This document shows, piece after piece, positions 49,601 to 58,393 of a stretch of DNA of 64,000 bases. The stretch is taken from assembly GCF_001194135.2 (NCBI RefSeq), contig NC_068983.1, positions 147,271,033 to 147,335,032 of the forward strand, written 5' to 3'. The notes beneath the pieces were generated by a model. The model saw only the letters and a program-made list of their open reading frames with translations. It searched no databases and was not told the origin of the DNA. The position numbers and the translations under genes were made by a program. Origin of the DNA: Octopus bimaculoides. Taxonomy: Eukaryota. Position 1 is the stretch's first letter. Each line of letters starts with the position of its first letter.

Positions 49601-50740
49601 ATAAATACTGTTCTTATAGTAAACTTAGTGAGAAATTACAATTTATTTATACAAATTCTAACCACTTCACAATCATCATCATCATCATTTAACGTCCGCT
49701 TTCCATGCTAGCATGGGTTGGACGACTTGACTGAGAACTGGTGAAACGGGATGGCAACACCAGGCTCCAATCTAAATTTGGCAGAGTTTCTACAGCTGGA
49801 TGCCCTTCCTAACGCCAACCACTCAGAGAGTGTAGTAGGTGCTTTTACATGTCTGATCCAAACTTGCTGGATTTTCCTAAATAATGTGAATAAACATTTT
49901 CACAGAGATAATGAATATCACTAGATAAAGACAGAGCTTTTATAGTTTCACCCAAGAACTTTGCTGCTTCTGTACTCAATATCCTATATGAATGTGAAAA
50001 CCTCTTCCCTTTTATGATATTGCAATAACTGTAAAATCTGCATCTAATTGGCATGTGCCTTTCTAATGCAGTAGTTTGTTGAGCCTACGTCTTCCCTTCA
50101 GATAGGTGAGAAACAAAACAATTATATATAGTGAACTGAAAGGCCATTTAAATAATGAATTTGATAACATATGTATGCATTCAGATACTCAAAAAGACAT
50201 CTAACAAATCAATTTGAACTTTAAAGTATGGTAATATTATTAATTATTAAATCAGATTGGTCCAGTATAAAATATGCATCCCCTAGAAGGGGTGCTCTCT
50301 GTGGCTCAGTGAAGTACAGCATTCTATTTCAGTTCTATCAGTTCTCAGCAACCAATCAAATCTCAATGTATCGTTGAGTACTCTCACGTTGATGTGCTTT
50401 CGATTTTTTTTGCGTATATATTGTCTTGCTGCTTCACTACTTTAATCTTTTAAATTGGTAATGTGAAACTCATTTACGAATCCAAGAAGCTTCAGCTTCT
50501 AATAGTGAATGTAAGGGAGTATTTGTGTGTGTGTATGTGTGTGTGCATATGCATGCATGCTTGCATGTATGCATGTATCAGAATTTATACATCATACAAC
50601 TAGTTAATAAATTCTTTTATCTTCCGTTTACAGGAAAAGTTTCCACTTGGAAGGAATGGTTAACTGTGGACCAAAGTGAACGACTGGATGCACGGATACA
50701 GTCTGAACTCATTGATCAAGAAATCATTTTGAATATTTAA
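35911..50740 (+). CDS. SULT-like gene B, join(35911-36109,40108-40425,43273-43370,48463-48640,50634-50740), 299 aa, Sulfotransfer_1 fold with degenerate PAPS motifs
   Basis: Five GT/AG exons join into an uninterrupted 900-nt ORF; exon 2-5 lengths (318/98/178/107) are identical to gene A. Motifs: AYPTAGTHW, SPRVLNSHF, RNPKAVAVSYY, RSGKVSTWK, KEWLTVDQSE. Confidence 0.92.
36885..37050. mobile_element. Foldback/MITE-like element: about 70-bp inverted arms around a telomeric spacer
   Basis: Arms 36885-36954 and 36979-37050 (2 substitutions and a 2-nt indel); spacer ctgttaggtttagggttagggtta; termini GGC..GCC. Confidence 0.75.
37200..37503 (+). mobile_element. Probable hAT transposase C-terminal dimerisation fragment
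   Basis: GRLFNHMNVMKSNEHNRLSIEALREIL resembles the hATC ERxFSxMxxxKTxxRNRL motif. Confidence 0.45.
38810..39193 (+). mobile_element. Full-length SINE family 3 with 11-bp target-site duplication
   Basis: A-box tggcccagtggttaggg, B-box-like ggtttcgattccc; TSD CATATGCATAT at 38799-38809 and 39194-39204. Confidence 0.9.
39355..39990 (-). mobile_element. SINE family 1 with gapped internal (AT)n
   Basis: Tail ttttacttgtttcagtc and body ccgaattcactcacaaggc on either side of the gap. Confidence 0.7.
40108..40425 (+). CDS. SULT-like gene B exon 2
   Basis: Long polypyrimidine tract + gctacag; (G)THWIWEATNMI...RNPKAVAVSYYRH...FMKGD; donor GTAAAT. Confidence 0.93.
40865..42181 (-). mobile_element. Non-autonomous Helitron with both termini (gap inside)
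   Basis: Minus strand begins A|TCTATAAAAGAGAGG and ends with hairpin cccgagcagcgccggg then ctatactgCTAG|T; A/T target with no TSD. Confidence 0.75.
42841..43007 (+). repeat. Duplicate of 38786-38949 (flank plus SINE 5' half)
   Basis: Shares the non-SINE flank atattgtgttactcatatgcatat. Confidence 0.8.
43273..43370 (+). CDS. SULT-like gene B exon 3
   Basis: ttttgcag acceptor; (V)PTGDYFKYTKQWWSVIKDKPNALIVTYEDASE; donor GTAAAT. Confidence 0.9.
43447..43648 (-). mobile_element. RTE-type 3' tail fragment with (GAT)n tail
   Basis: aacgtccgctttccatgcta..gatgcccttcctaacgccaaccactc shared with 10439, 49672 and 51990. Confidence 0.75.
44700..44975 (+). repeat. Interspersed repeat family X, copy 4
   Basis: Reverse complement of 2115-2370. 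Confidence 0.7.
46040..48060 (+). mobile_element. RTE LINE 5' portion (APE endonuclease to start of RT), 3'-truncated, in intron 3 of gene B
   Basis: RISTLNVGTLKGRS, LCCIQEIRW, VAGDFNGHVG, SQIDYIL, NNYRGIKLL, QFGFMPGKST; frameshifts and stops. Confidence 0.92.
48463..48640 (+). CDS. SULT-like gene B exon 4
   Basis: aattttag acceptor; DFQKVVLTIAEFLDKK...CSFDKMKKEK...SFYRS(G); donor GTAAGT. Not in the ORF track; read by hand. Confidence 0.9.
49672..49850 (-). mobile_element. RTE-type 3' tail fragment
   Basis: Same family as 43447-43648. Confidence 0.75.
50634..50740 (+). CDS. SULT-like gene B exon 5 (terminal)
   Basis: gtttacag acceptor; (G)KVSTWKEWLTVDQSERLDARIQSELIDQEIILNI-stop. Confidence 0.92.
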
Positions 50741-50804
50741 GAATCTTCCTCTCACAAAGACACTACTTACTACTACTACTACTACTACCACTACCAACAA
50801 CAGT

Positions 50805-50827
50805 AATAAAGCATCAAAGCAAATAAA
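50805..50827 (+). promoter_or_regulatory. Two candidate polyadenylation signals of gene B
   Basis: AATAAA at 50805-50810 and 50822-50827. Confidence 0.45.
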
Positions 50828-51750
50828 CCAGATATTGTTGTGAAAGGCCAAAAGAATTATGTTTATTGGTTGACATGATCATACCTTGTGACCATATCTC
50901 GGGTAGTGGAGGCGCAATGGCCCAGTGGTTAGGGCAGTGGACTCACGGTCGTAGGATTGCGGTTTCAATTCCTAGACCAGGTGTTGTGAGTGTTTATTGA
51001 GTGGAAACACCTAAAGCTCCACAAGGCTCCAGCAGGGGGTGGTAGCGAACCCTGCTGTACTCTTTCACCGCAACTTTCTGTCACTCTTTCTTCCTGTTTC
51101 TGATGTACCTGTATTTCAAAGAGCCAGCCTTGTTGCACCCTGTGTCATGCTGAATCTCCCTGAGAACTACGTTAAGGGTACACGTGTCTGTGGAGTGCTC
51201 AGCCACTTGCACGTTAATTTCACGAGCAGTCTGTTCCATTGATTGGATCAACTGGAAGTCTCGTTGTCATAACTGACAGAGTGCCACAAATATCTCGGCA
51301 AAAGAATTTGATAAGCTTGGAAAATATAAAGATTTGCTAATCAAATATGAAGAGATGTGGCATTTCAAGACGGTTACAATAACAGTGATTGTAGGAACAA
51401 TTAGAATGGTGAAAAAAGGAACTGAAAATTATTTAAGAATGGTCCCTGGTTTACCATCCATACAGGAAGTGCGAAAGATTGTCTTAACTGGTACATCACA
51501 CGTACTGAGAAGAGTATTGTTGCTGTGAATTTTCTTTACTTCTTCCCCCTTTATTTTATTTGTTTACATTTTTTTTTTTCTTCTCCTTTCTCTCTATCAC
51601 ATGACTTTGTGACAATCTGGTTTGTTTATTTTAATGGAATACCAATGTATACAGTACGTTTCTCTACCCTAGGTATCAGTAAGACACTCAGCAAGGAATG
51701 GGATGCTAACGAAAATAGTGATAATAATAATAATAATAATAATGATAATA
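50812..51750 (+). mobile_element. R4/Dong-type retroelement 3' end (restriction-like endonuclease) with (TAA)n tail, interrupted by a SINE
   Basis: KANKPDIVVK..., then after the SINE ISAKEFDKLGKYKDLL..MW..VIVGTI..ILTGTSHVLRRVL-stop; (TAA)n at about 51718-51750. Confidence 0.75.
50905..51289 (+). mobile_element. Full-length SINE family 3 with 9-bp TSD
   Basis: Homologous to 38810-39193; ATATCTCGG at 50894-50902 and 51290-51298. Confidence 0.85.
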
Positions 51751-51781
51751 ATTTCTTCATAGTTATCCGTCCAAAATTATG

Positions 51782-51841
51782 ATTTATTCATGGTTATCTG
51801 TCTAGAAAAAATGAGCGATGGACAGATAACCATGAATAAAT
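51782..51841. repeat. Perfect 21-bp inverted repeat with 18-nt loop
   Basis: atttattcatggttatctgtc / gacagataaccatgaataaat. Confidence 0.9.
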
Positions 51842-51989
51842 GAAATGGTTGATTCATGATTCGCACACACTACAATGCAACACTCCTCCAAAAACACACA
51901 GGAATAAACTCATACAGTAAATACCCAATAAAATGAACAAAACCCACAATATGTGCCATAGAAGACTAACAACGCTGTCGAGCATGTTC

Positions 51990-52262
51990 ATTGCAAGAGC
52001 AGCTGTCTGGCTTCCATGCAGGTGGTATGTAAAAAACACCTTTTTGAGCGTGGCCGTTGCCAGTACTGTGTGACTGGTCCTCGTGCTGGTGGCATGTAAA
52101 AGCACCCACTACACTCTCGGGGTGATTGGCGTTAGGAAGGGCATTTAGCTGTAGAAACTCTGCCAGATCAGATTAGAGCCTGGTGTAGCCATCTGGTTTG
52201 CCAGTCCTCAGTCAAATCGTCCAACCCATGCTAGCATGGAAAGTGGACGTTAAACGATGATA
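51990..52262 (+). mobile_element. RTE-type 3' tail fragment
   Basis: Same family as 21500-21750; ends in a (GAT)n-like tail. Confidence 0.75.
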
Positions 52263-52278
52263 ATGATGATGATTATGA

Positions 52279-52312
<34 letters not shown>

Positions 52313-52337
52313 CATACATACGTATATATATCTCAAT

Positions 52338-52715
52338 AGGTGCAGGAGTGGTTGTGTGGTATGTAGCTTGCTTACCGACCACATGGTTCTGTGTTCAGTC
52401 CCACTCCATGGCACTTTGAGCAAGTGTCTTCTACTATAGCCTTGTGAATGGATTTGGTAGACGGAAACTGAAAGAAGCCTGTCGTATATATGTATATATA
52501 TATGTATGTGTGTGTATATATGTTTGTGTTTGTCCCCCCAACATCGCTTGACAACCGATGGTGGTGTGTTTATGTCCCCGTAACTTAGCGGTTCGGCAGA
52601 AGAGACCGATAGAATAAGTATTAGGCTTCCAAAGAATAAGTCCTGGGGTTGATTTGTTGAATAAAGGCGGTGCTCCAGCATGGCTAGTCAAAATGACTGA
52701 AACAAGTAAAAGAGT
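52338..52715 (+). mobile_element. SINE family 1
   Basis: Homologous to 28702-29165. Confidence 0.85.
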
Positions 52716-52717
52716 AT

Positions 52718-52767
<50 letters not shown>

Positions 52768-52879
52768 ACAAAATCCAAAATTACAGGTAAAAACTCAATT
52801 AAAATCAATTTATAAAAAATTAAAATTAAATTNNNNNNNNNNNNNNNNNNNNNNNNNNNATTGAGCTTTATAGATAAAA

Positions 52880-53158
52880 TATATAAAATATATAGTTTTT
52901 ATGAAAATAACCAAGTTTCAAGAACTCATCGATGAAAATCCACTATCACATATAGAAAAATTAATAATTAAAAGCACAATAAATGAGTATAACATAATAT
53001 AATCTTTTTATTATATTTATCTTATGATATTTACTTTACTTTATATTATACTCATTTATTGTGCTTTTAATTATTAATTTTTCTATATGTGATAGTGGAT
53101 TTTCATCGATGAGTTCTTGAAACTTGGTTATTTTCCCTAAAACTATATATTTTATATA
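52880..53158. repeat. Long inverted repeat, 90-bp perfect core arms and 53-nt spacer
   Basis: 52903-52992 is the exact reverse complement of 53046-53135; arms extend with few mismatches. Confidence 0.9.
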
Positions 53159-53369
53159 TATATATTTATAAAAAAGAAGTTTGAAAACGCCACTGTAGAA
53201 GATAAATTTTAATTTTCTGAGAGATTTTACATGTTTCGGTTCTACTTGAAAAAACGAACCCTATCAAAAATATATATTTTAAAAAGTTAAGTGTAATAAA
53301 AGAAAAGTTCATAAAGTCCATGTGGTAGCGTTTTATGTGTGGGAAAATAATGGCTGTCTTGTGCGTTGA

Positions 53370-53660
53370 CTAGAATCGTTGGCTGTAGTAGTGAAAGTGA
53401 TTGTTAGCTGTAATAGCAGTAGTAGTAGAGACCGTTTGTCGTTGTAGTAGTAGTAGTAGTAGTGACTGTGGTGGTAGTGGTTGTAGCAGCAGTTCATTGG
53501 CTGTAATAGCAGTAGTAGAAGTGACCTTTGGCTGTAATAGCAGCAGTAGCAGAGACTGTTGGTAGTAGTAGTAGTAGTAGTAGTGGTGGAAGTGACTGTT
53601 GGCTGTAATAGCAGCAGTAGTAGTAGTAGTAGTGATTGTGGTGGTAGTGGTGGTTGGAGT
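53370..53660. repeat. (TAG/CAG)n-rich compound minisatellite
   Basis: Recurring ggctgtaatagcagtagtagtag units. Confidence 0.85.
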
Positions 53661-53842
53661 TGTAGAATTCTGTTTTTCTTTTTGGATAGCCAATATATGG
53701 TTTTAATGTTTCCTGGCCCAGAGTATTTAAACTTGGTCCTAATTTTCTAATGAAATGAAGTTCTTTGTTATGTCATTGAGTGAAGGTTGCGTTGTTATTG
53801 AATTGGGAAAGTGGGGAAGTTGTAAATTTTGGATCTTTATTA

Positions 53843-54000
53843 TTATGCACATCTGTCTATGTGGCCGCTGACAGGTATTTTCCCGTATTGAGGATTCCTA
53901 ATTTGGGATTTATGTACTGCCATCCTTTTCCATAGGCTGTTTTTTGTATGGCTGATATATTGCCTATTGCACCCTGCGCATGTTATCACGTAAATTAAGT
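53843..54000 (-). mobile_element. GIY-YIG endonuclease fragment (Penelope-like)
   Basis: NLIYVITCAGCNRQYISHTKNSLWKRMAVHKSQIR matches the PLE GIY-YIG pattern (IY..C..C..YIG.T...L..R...H). Confidence 0.7.
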
Positions 54001-54700
54001 TACGAGGGGTGTATGAAAAGTTTTGAGTCTCAAAAAAACAAAACATGGTACAAAACTTCTGAAGATTTATTTTTCAACATAGTCCTCCTTGATGGCTGAA
54101 GACTTTCTCCAGCGGTGCTGAAGCGCCATTATCCCGGCATAGAACTCATTTGTTTGAGACTCCGAGAAACTTCCTAGAGCATCTATGACGTCATTGTCAC
54201 TGGCAAAATGGCAACCAGCCAGGGCTTTTATCATTTTGGGGAATAGATGAAAGTCAGAGGGGGCTAAGTCTGGCGAATAAGGCGGATGGGAAACAAGTTT
54301 GTATCCACAATCACGAATTGTTGCCATGGCGAGGGACCCACCTTGCAGAAACCTTTGAGAACCCAAGCTCTTTTGTCACAATCTTGTCTGCTCTTTCAAC
54401 TGAGATGCCTACTGTCTTGGCTATCTGACGACATGATATTTGGCGCTTGCATTATCATGCCAAGAGCAAGGTCAAGGTTGTCCTTGGTGGTTGCAGTTAG
54501 AGGTCTCCCTGGTCTGTGATCATCTTCCACACTCTCCCTGCCACGCTTGAATTCATTTACCCAGCGTTTGACTGTTGCATATGAAGGAGCATTGTCTGTT
54601 AAGGTTCTCACCATATCTTCATGGATTTCTGATGGAGTCATGTCTTTCAAATGAAGGTACTTTATGACAGCACGATACTCAGTTTTCTCCATTTTCCCTG
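54001..54700 (-). mobile_element. Internally deleted mariner transposon
   Basis: MEKTEYRAVIKYL..APSYATVKRWVNEFKRGRESVEDDHRPGRP (Himar-like HTH); HPPYSPDLAPSDFHLFPKM; TA + TIR tacgaggggtgtatgaaaag at 54001. Confidence 0.9.
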
Positions 54701-54859
54701 TACCCTCGACAAATCTGCAACAAACAAAATAAAAATATCATAATCATGAAAATGAGCAAGAATACTATGAAAAGACTACTTACCAGAAAAAATTGTTTCA
54801 GCTATCTAACAGCCCCGTTTATAGGTTTGGCTCAAAACGTTTCATACATCACTCATGTA

Positions 54860-55040
54860 ACCTCGTGGATATCGTTAGCAATTTTTTTCTTCCTCCGTCT
54901 TCCCATCTTTGGACTTTCCTGTTTCCGACGAAGAGCTCCGCTCGAAACGTCAAATTCTCTTTCTTTCCTTTCCCTAGCGTCCAGTAACACAATCTGTATC
55001 ACGTCCTCGCGTTGTTGTTTTTTGTTGTTGTTCCTTTGTC
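54860..55040 (+). repeat. Penelope-type terminal repeat carrying a hammerhead-like motif (54925-54951)
   Basis: CCGACGA-A-GAGC-TCC-GCTC-GAAAC-GTC; homologous to 12790-12949. Confidence 0.6.
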
Positions 55041-55058
55041 GTTTTTCTGTTTTGAACT

Positions 55059-55094
<36 letters not shown>

Positions 55095-55574
55095 CTTTCA
55101 AAATAGCATAAAAATCTTTTACAAGATTTTACATTACCAGAACTAAGACATATATCAATCCAGGGATGCATACATGTAAACACACACACACACACACTCA
55201 TGCAGAGACCAACACCCAAACACTCTGACATATATGAACAGATGATTTGTTCCTCATCATTCAGCGATGAGGATTCTGTTGTTCAGTCACTCAAATTATC
55301 TGTTTCTGGACTAACGTAGCAAAGGCTGAGCATTCTACAGATACTCAAGCAGTGTGACACAGTGTATAACAAGATCGCATCTGTTTGAATTTCAAGTAAG
55401 ATCCATCCAATCTACAAGCTTCTGTAGAGTTTCCATGCACCTAATTTCATCCACAGGGAATGGATTACCTTGTGTGTGTGGAAAAATGACGTTTGATGAA
55501 GAATTTATGCAGTGTGATCAAAATGGGGTCTTGTAGTTGTGAAGTGACTCTTAACTATTTCGCCATAATGTAAT

Positions 55575-55608
<34 letters not shown>

Positions 55609-58393
55609 TGGTGTTTGAAAAGGATTAATGACAGTGCTCACACACTAGAATAAAACTTCTTCCCCCAAAAAAGGTTAGTAACATCCTCATTTTCATAACA
55701 TTTGTTTTTTAAAATAATTTGAATCCTAATCGCTAAGGTGAGGACTTGAACCCTAATTGCTAGATACTCAGTTAGGTACCATGAGTGAGCCACCAGTTTC
55801 ATGGGACTCATTCATCAATCGGCCAGTCACCGTAGTGTGCTACAGCATCCTCAAATTTCTAACATTTGCCATCTGTTACCTTACAAAAACTGTTTGGCAC
55901 TTAACTCAGAGTCCAGACAGTCAACAGACAGCTGACATCACAGACCGCCTCGGACTTTTGCACAGACAACTCCAGGCACTTGGACACACTACATGATGTC
56001 CCATGGATAACATTCTACATTCACAGAGCAGTTTTTCTGGTGTGTTTACCTTCCCATAATTTAGTAGTTCAGCAAAAGAGGCTAATAGAGTAAGCACCAG
56101 GCTTTAATAAAATAAGTACTGAGGATGATACATTTGACTAAAATTTCAAGGCGGTGCCCCAGTATGGCTGCAGTCAAATGACAGAAACAAGTAAAAGAAT
56201 AAAAGCATGTATATATATCATCATCATTTGATGTCCATGTTCCATGCTGGTATGGGTTGGATAATTTGACTGCGTTGTGCTTTAATGTCTGCTTTGGCAT
56301 GGTTTGTATTGCTGGATGCCCTTACTAATGCCAACCACTTTAATGAGTGTATTGTACTTTTCTTTTCCTGACATCAGTACTAGTGAGATTGACATGTAGC
56401 TCATAAGACTAAGATCTCCTTCAACTTAGTGAGATTGCAATAGAGAGGAAGGTAGTTTTACGTATGAGAAGGGGCCAAATCAGAATAGGTTTCTTTCTGT
56501 AGAAGAGCTACATGTCCACTTACAATATAGAAGAGAGGGTAGGAAAAACCAGGGTGGATTTGGAGAGAGACATAAATAGTTGTGTGAGGTGTTGGGGATC
56601 ATCAAGGTATGAAGTAAGGATCATCAAAGTATGAAGTAAGTGGAAATTGTAGCCAGGTAGATGTTGCAAGAGTGTATGGGCAGAGTCAGAGATGGTTAAG
56701 GATGGAGAATGGGTAAGATGAGGCACCTCATCACTACCATCTTTATCGTCTTCCTGGTACTCCTACTGACCATTATACAAAGTGATGTAACCATGTAAGT
56801 CGTTTATAGCAAGACACATGTGCTTGTTCCCCTGTCATACTTTGACCTTCCAATGCCTGGCATAAAGCCTCACTTAGTTCATAGATTTTTCCCTGCTTTT
56901 TTTTCAAGAGAAATCCCCTTTCATTTATGTGACAGCAAGCATCTTTGAAATTGTCAAGTCTGCATAATTCACCTCATCCACTGCTGAAGGACTTTGAAAA
57001 ACCAATACAGAAAAAACAGGTCGTTTGATTCTTTTCCTTAAATACTACATTGTTAAAGAGTATTAGTTATGAGGCATAATGTACTTGGGCATCATTATAA
57101 TCTCTACGGTGTACAGGTACATTATGTATCTGTACACCAGAGATTACAATAACAAACACTTATATATCACAAATATCACTCAGTATCAGTTATCTCGGTG
57201 ACAAAAAAAAAAAAAAAAAAAATCTGACTGGTGCAGGTATTTCTGTATGACTAGAAACTTAGCGATCATGTTGTTCCATATTTGATACTCTTGGATGGCA
57301 CATTAAATATTTTACACTATAACTTTTAGTTACCCCAAATCTTGTGTGGATCTATGGAAAACAGTTAGATACACTGTACCTGTTCTTGGTTTGTAGACTT
57401 TACATGTCACCTAGTTTAACATCATTATGTGGGTCTTGGGTGCTTTTGTCAGAGGTCATTTGGTTGCAAACATTTAAACAGTCAGACCAATTGTGATGAT
57501 AACAGGATTTGAGTTGTGTAATTTTCTGCAGCTGCTACCATTGAATTGTACATTATTCCTCTCTTAACCTCACCAGTACCAGTTGTCTAACAGAATGTTA
57601 TGGACACTGTACTTCTTCCTCTGCAGTGCCTACTTACTGTTAAGAAAACTGGTTATTGAGAGCAAAATGTTTTGGTTATGGACACAGCTTATAAAAGTTC
57701 CTTTACTTATTTGAATATCCAAAAGGTACAACTGAAGACTTCATGTAGAGTATCTCAAATAAATCAGTTTGGCAGAGAACATTCCTCTCTAAGCTATATC
57801 AACAGGAGGGATTAAATGTTTATGATATTGGCACAATATAATACCCATGTTTGATATGATCCATAGAGTGACTCACAGGTTGTTCAGTATCCCATCATCT
57901 TGCCTATCTGGACTTCCCACTTGCAATGTAAGTGAAATTAGGTGGTTACAGTTACAATCTGAAATTACAATAGCTATTTCCAATACTTTTAAATTTTAAA
58001 TATAAGAATTAATACTAAGTTGAATAGTAAACCACAGGTAACCCAATTCACAATTCTATTTTGACCTGTTTTGATTTCTGGCTGACATCAACAGACTACA
58101 GTTATATGATGTAATATGAGTTTAACTATAAACAACAGCTTGGAAGCAAACAGCCACATTTTAAAACAGTAAGCTACAAAGTTACAGAGCATTGTCAGTT
58201 TCAATTATTCGAAAACTTAGCAAAATTTACTGTTAGGAAGATGTTTCCCAATAGGAACCACCATACTATGAATATTGAGAAAATATTGAATAACTCATTC
58301 ATGTTTGCGGCTTTTGTCAAAGTAAGAAAGTAATTATTTAAGAATAGTAACGGTAAAAACAAAAATAAAACACCAAGTAAAGATGTAACAAAT

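Larger units (their letters stand above)
10007..52859. other. Assembly gaps (N runs) at about 10007-10438, 11539-11548, 12950-13326, 15453-16379, 17220-17229, 33037-33205, 34045-34054, 39635-39845, 41123-41848, 44983-45820, 52833-52859
   Basis: Direct reading; most abut microsatellites. Confidence 0.98.

Noticed and set aside
53843-54720. Mariner nested inside the GIY-YIG gene
   Set aside because: The two abut at the TA site, but I could not find the continuation of the endonuclease on the far side, so nesting is unproven.
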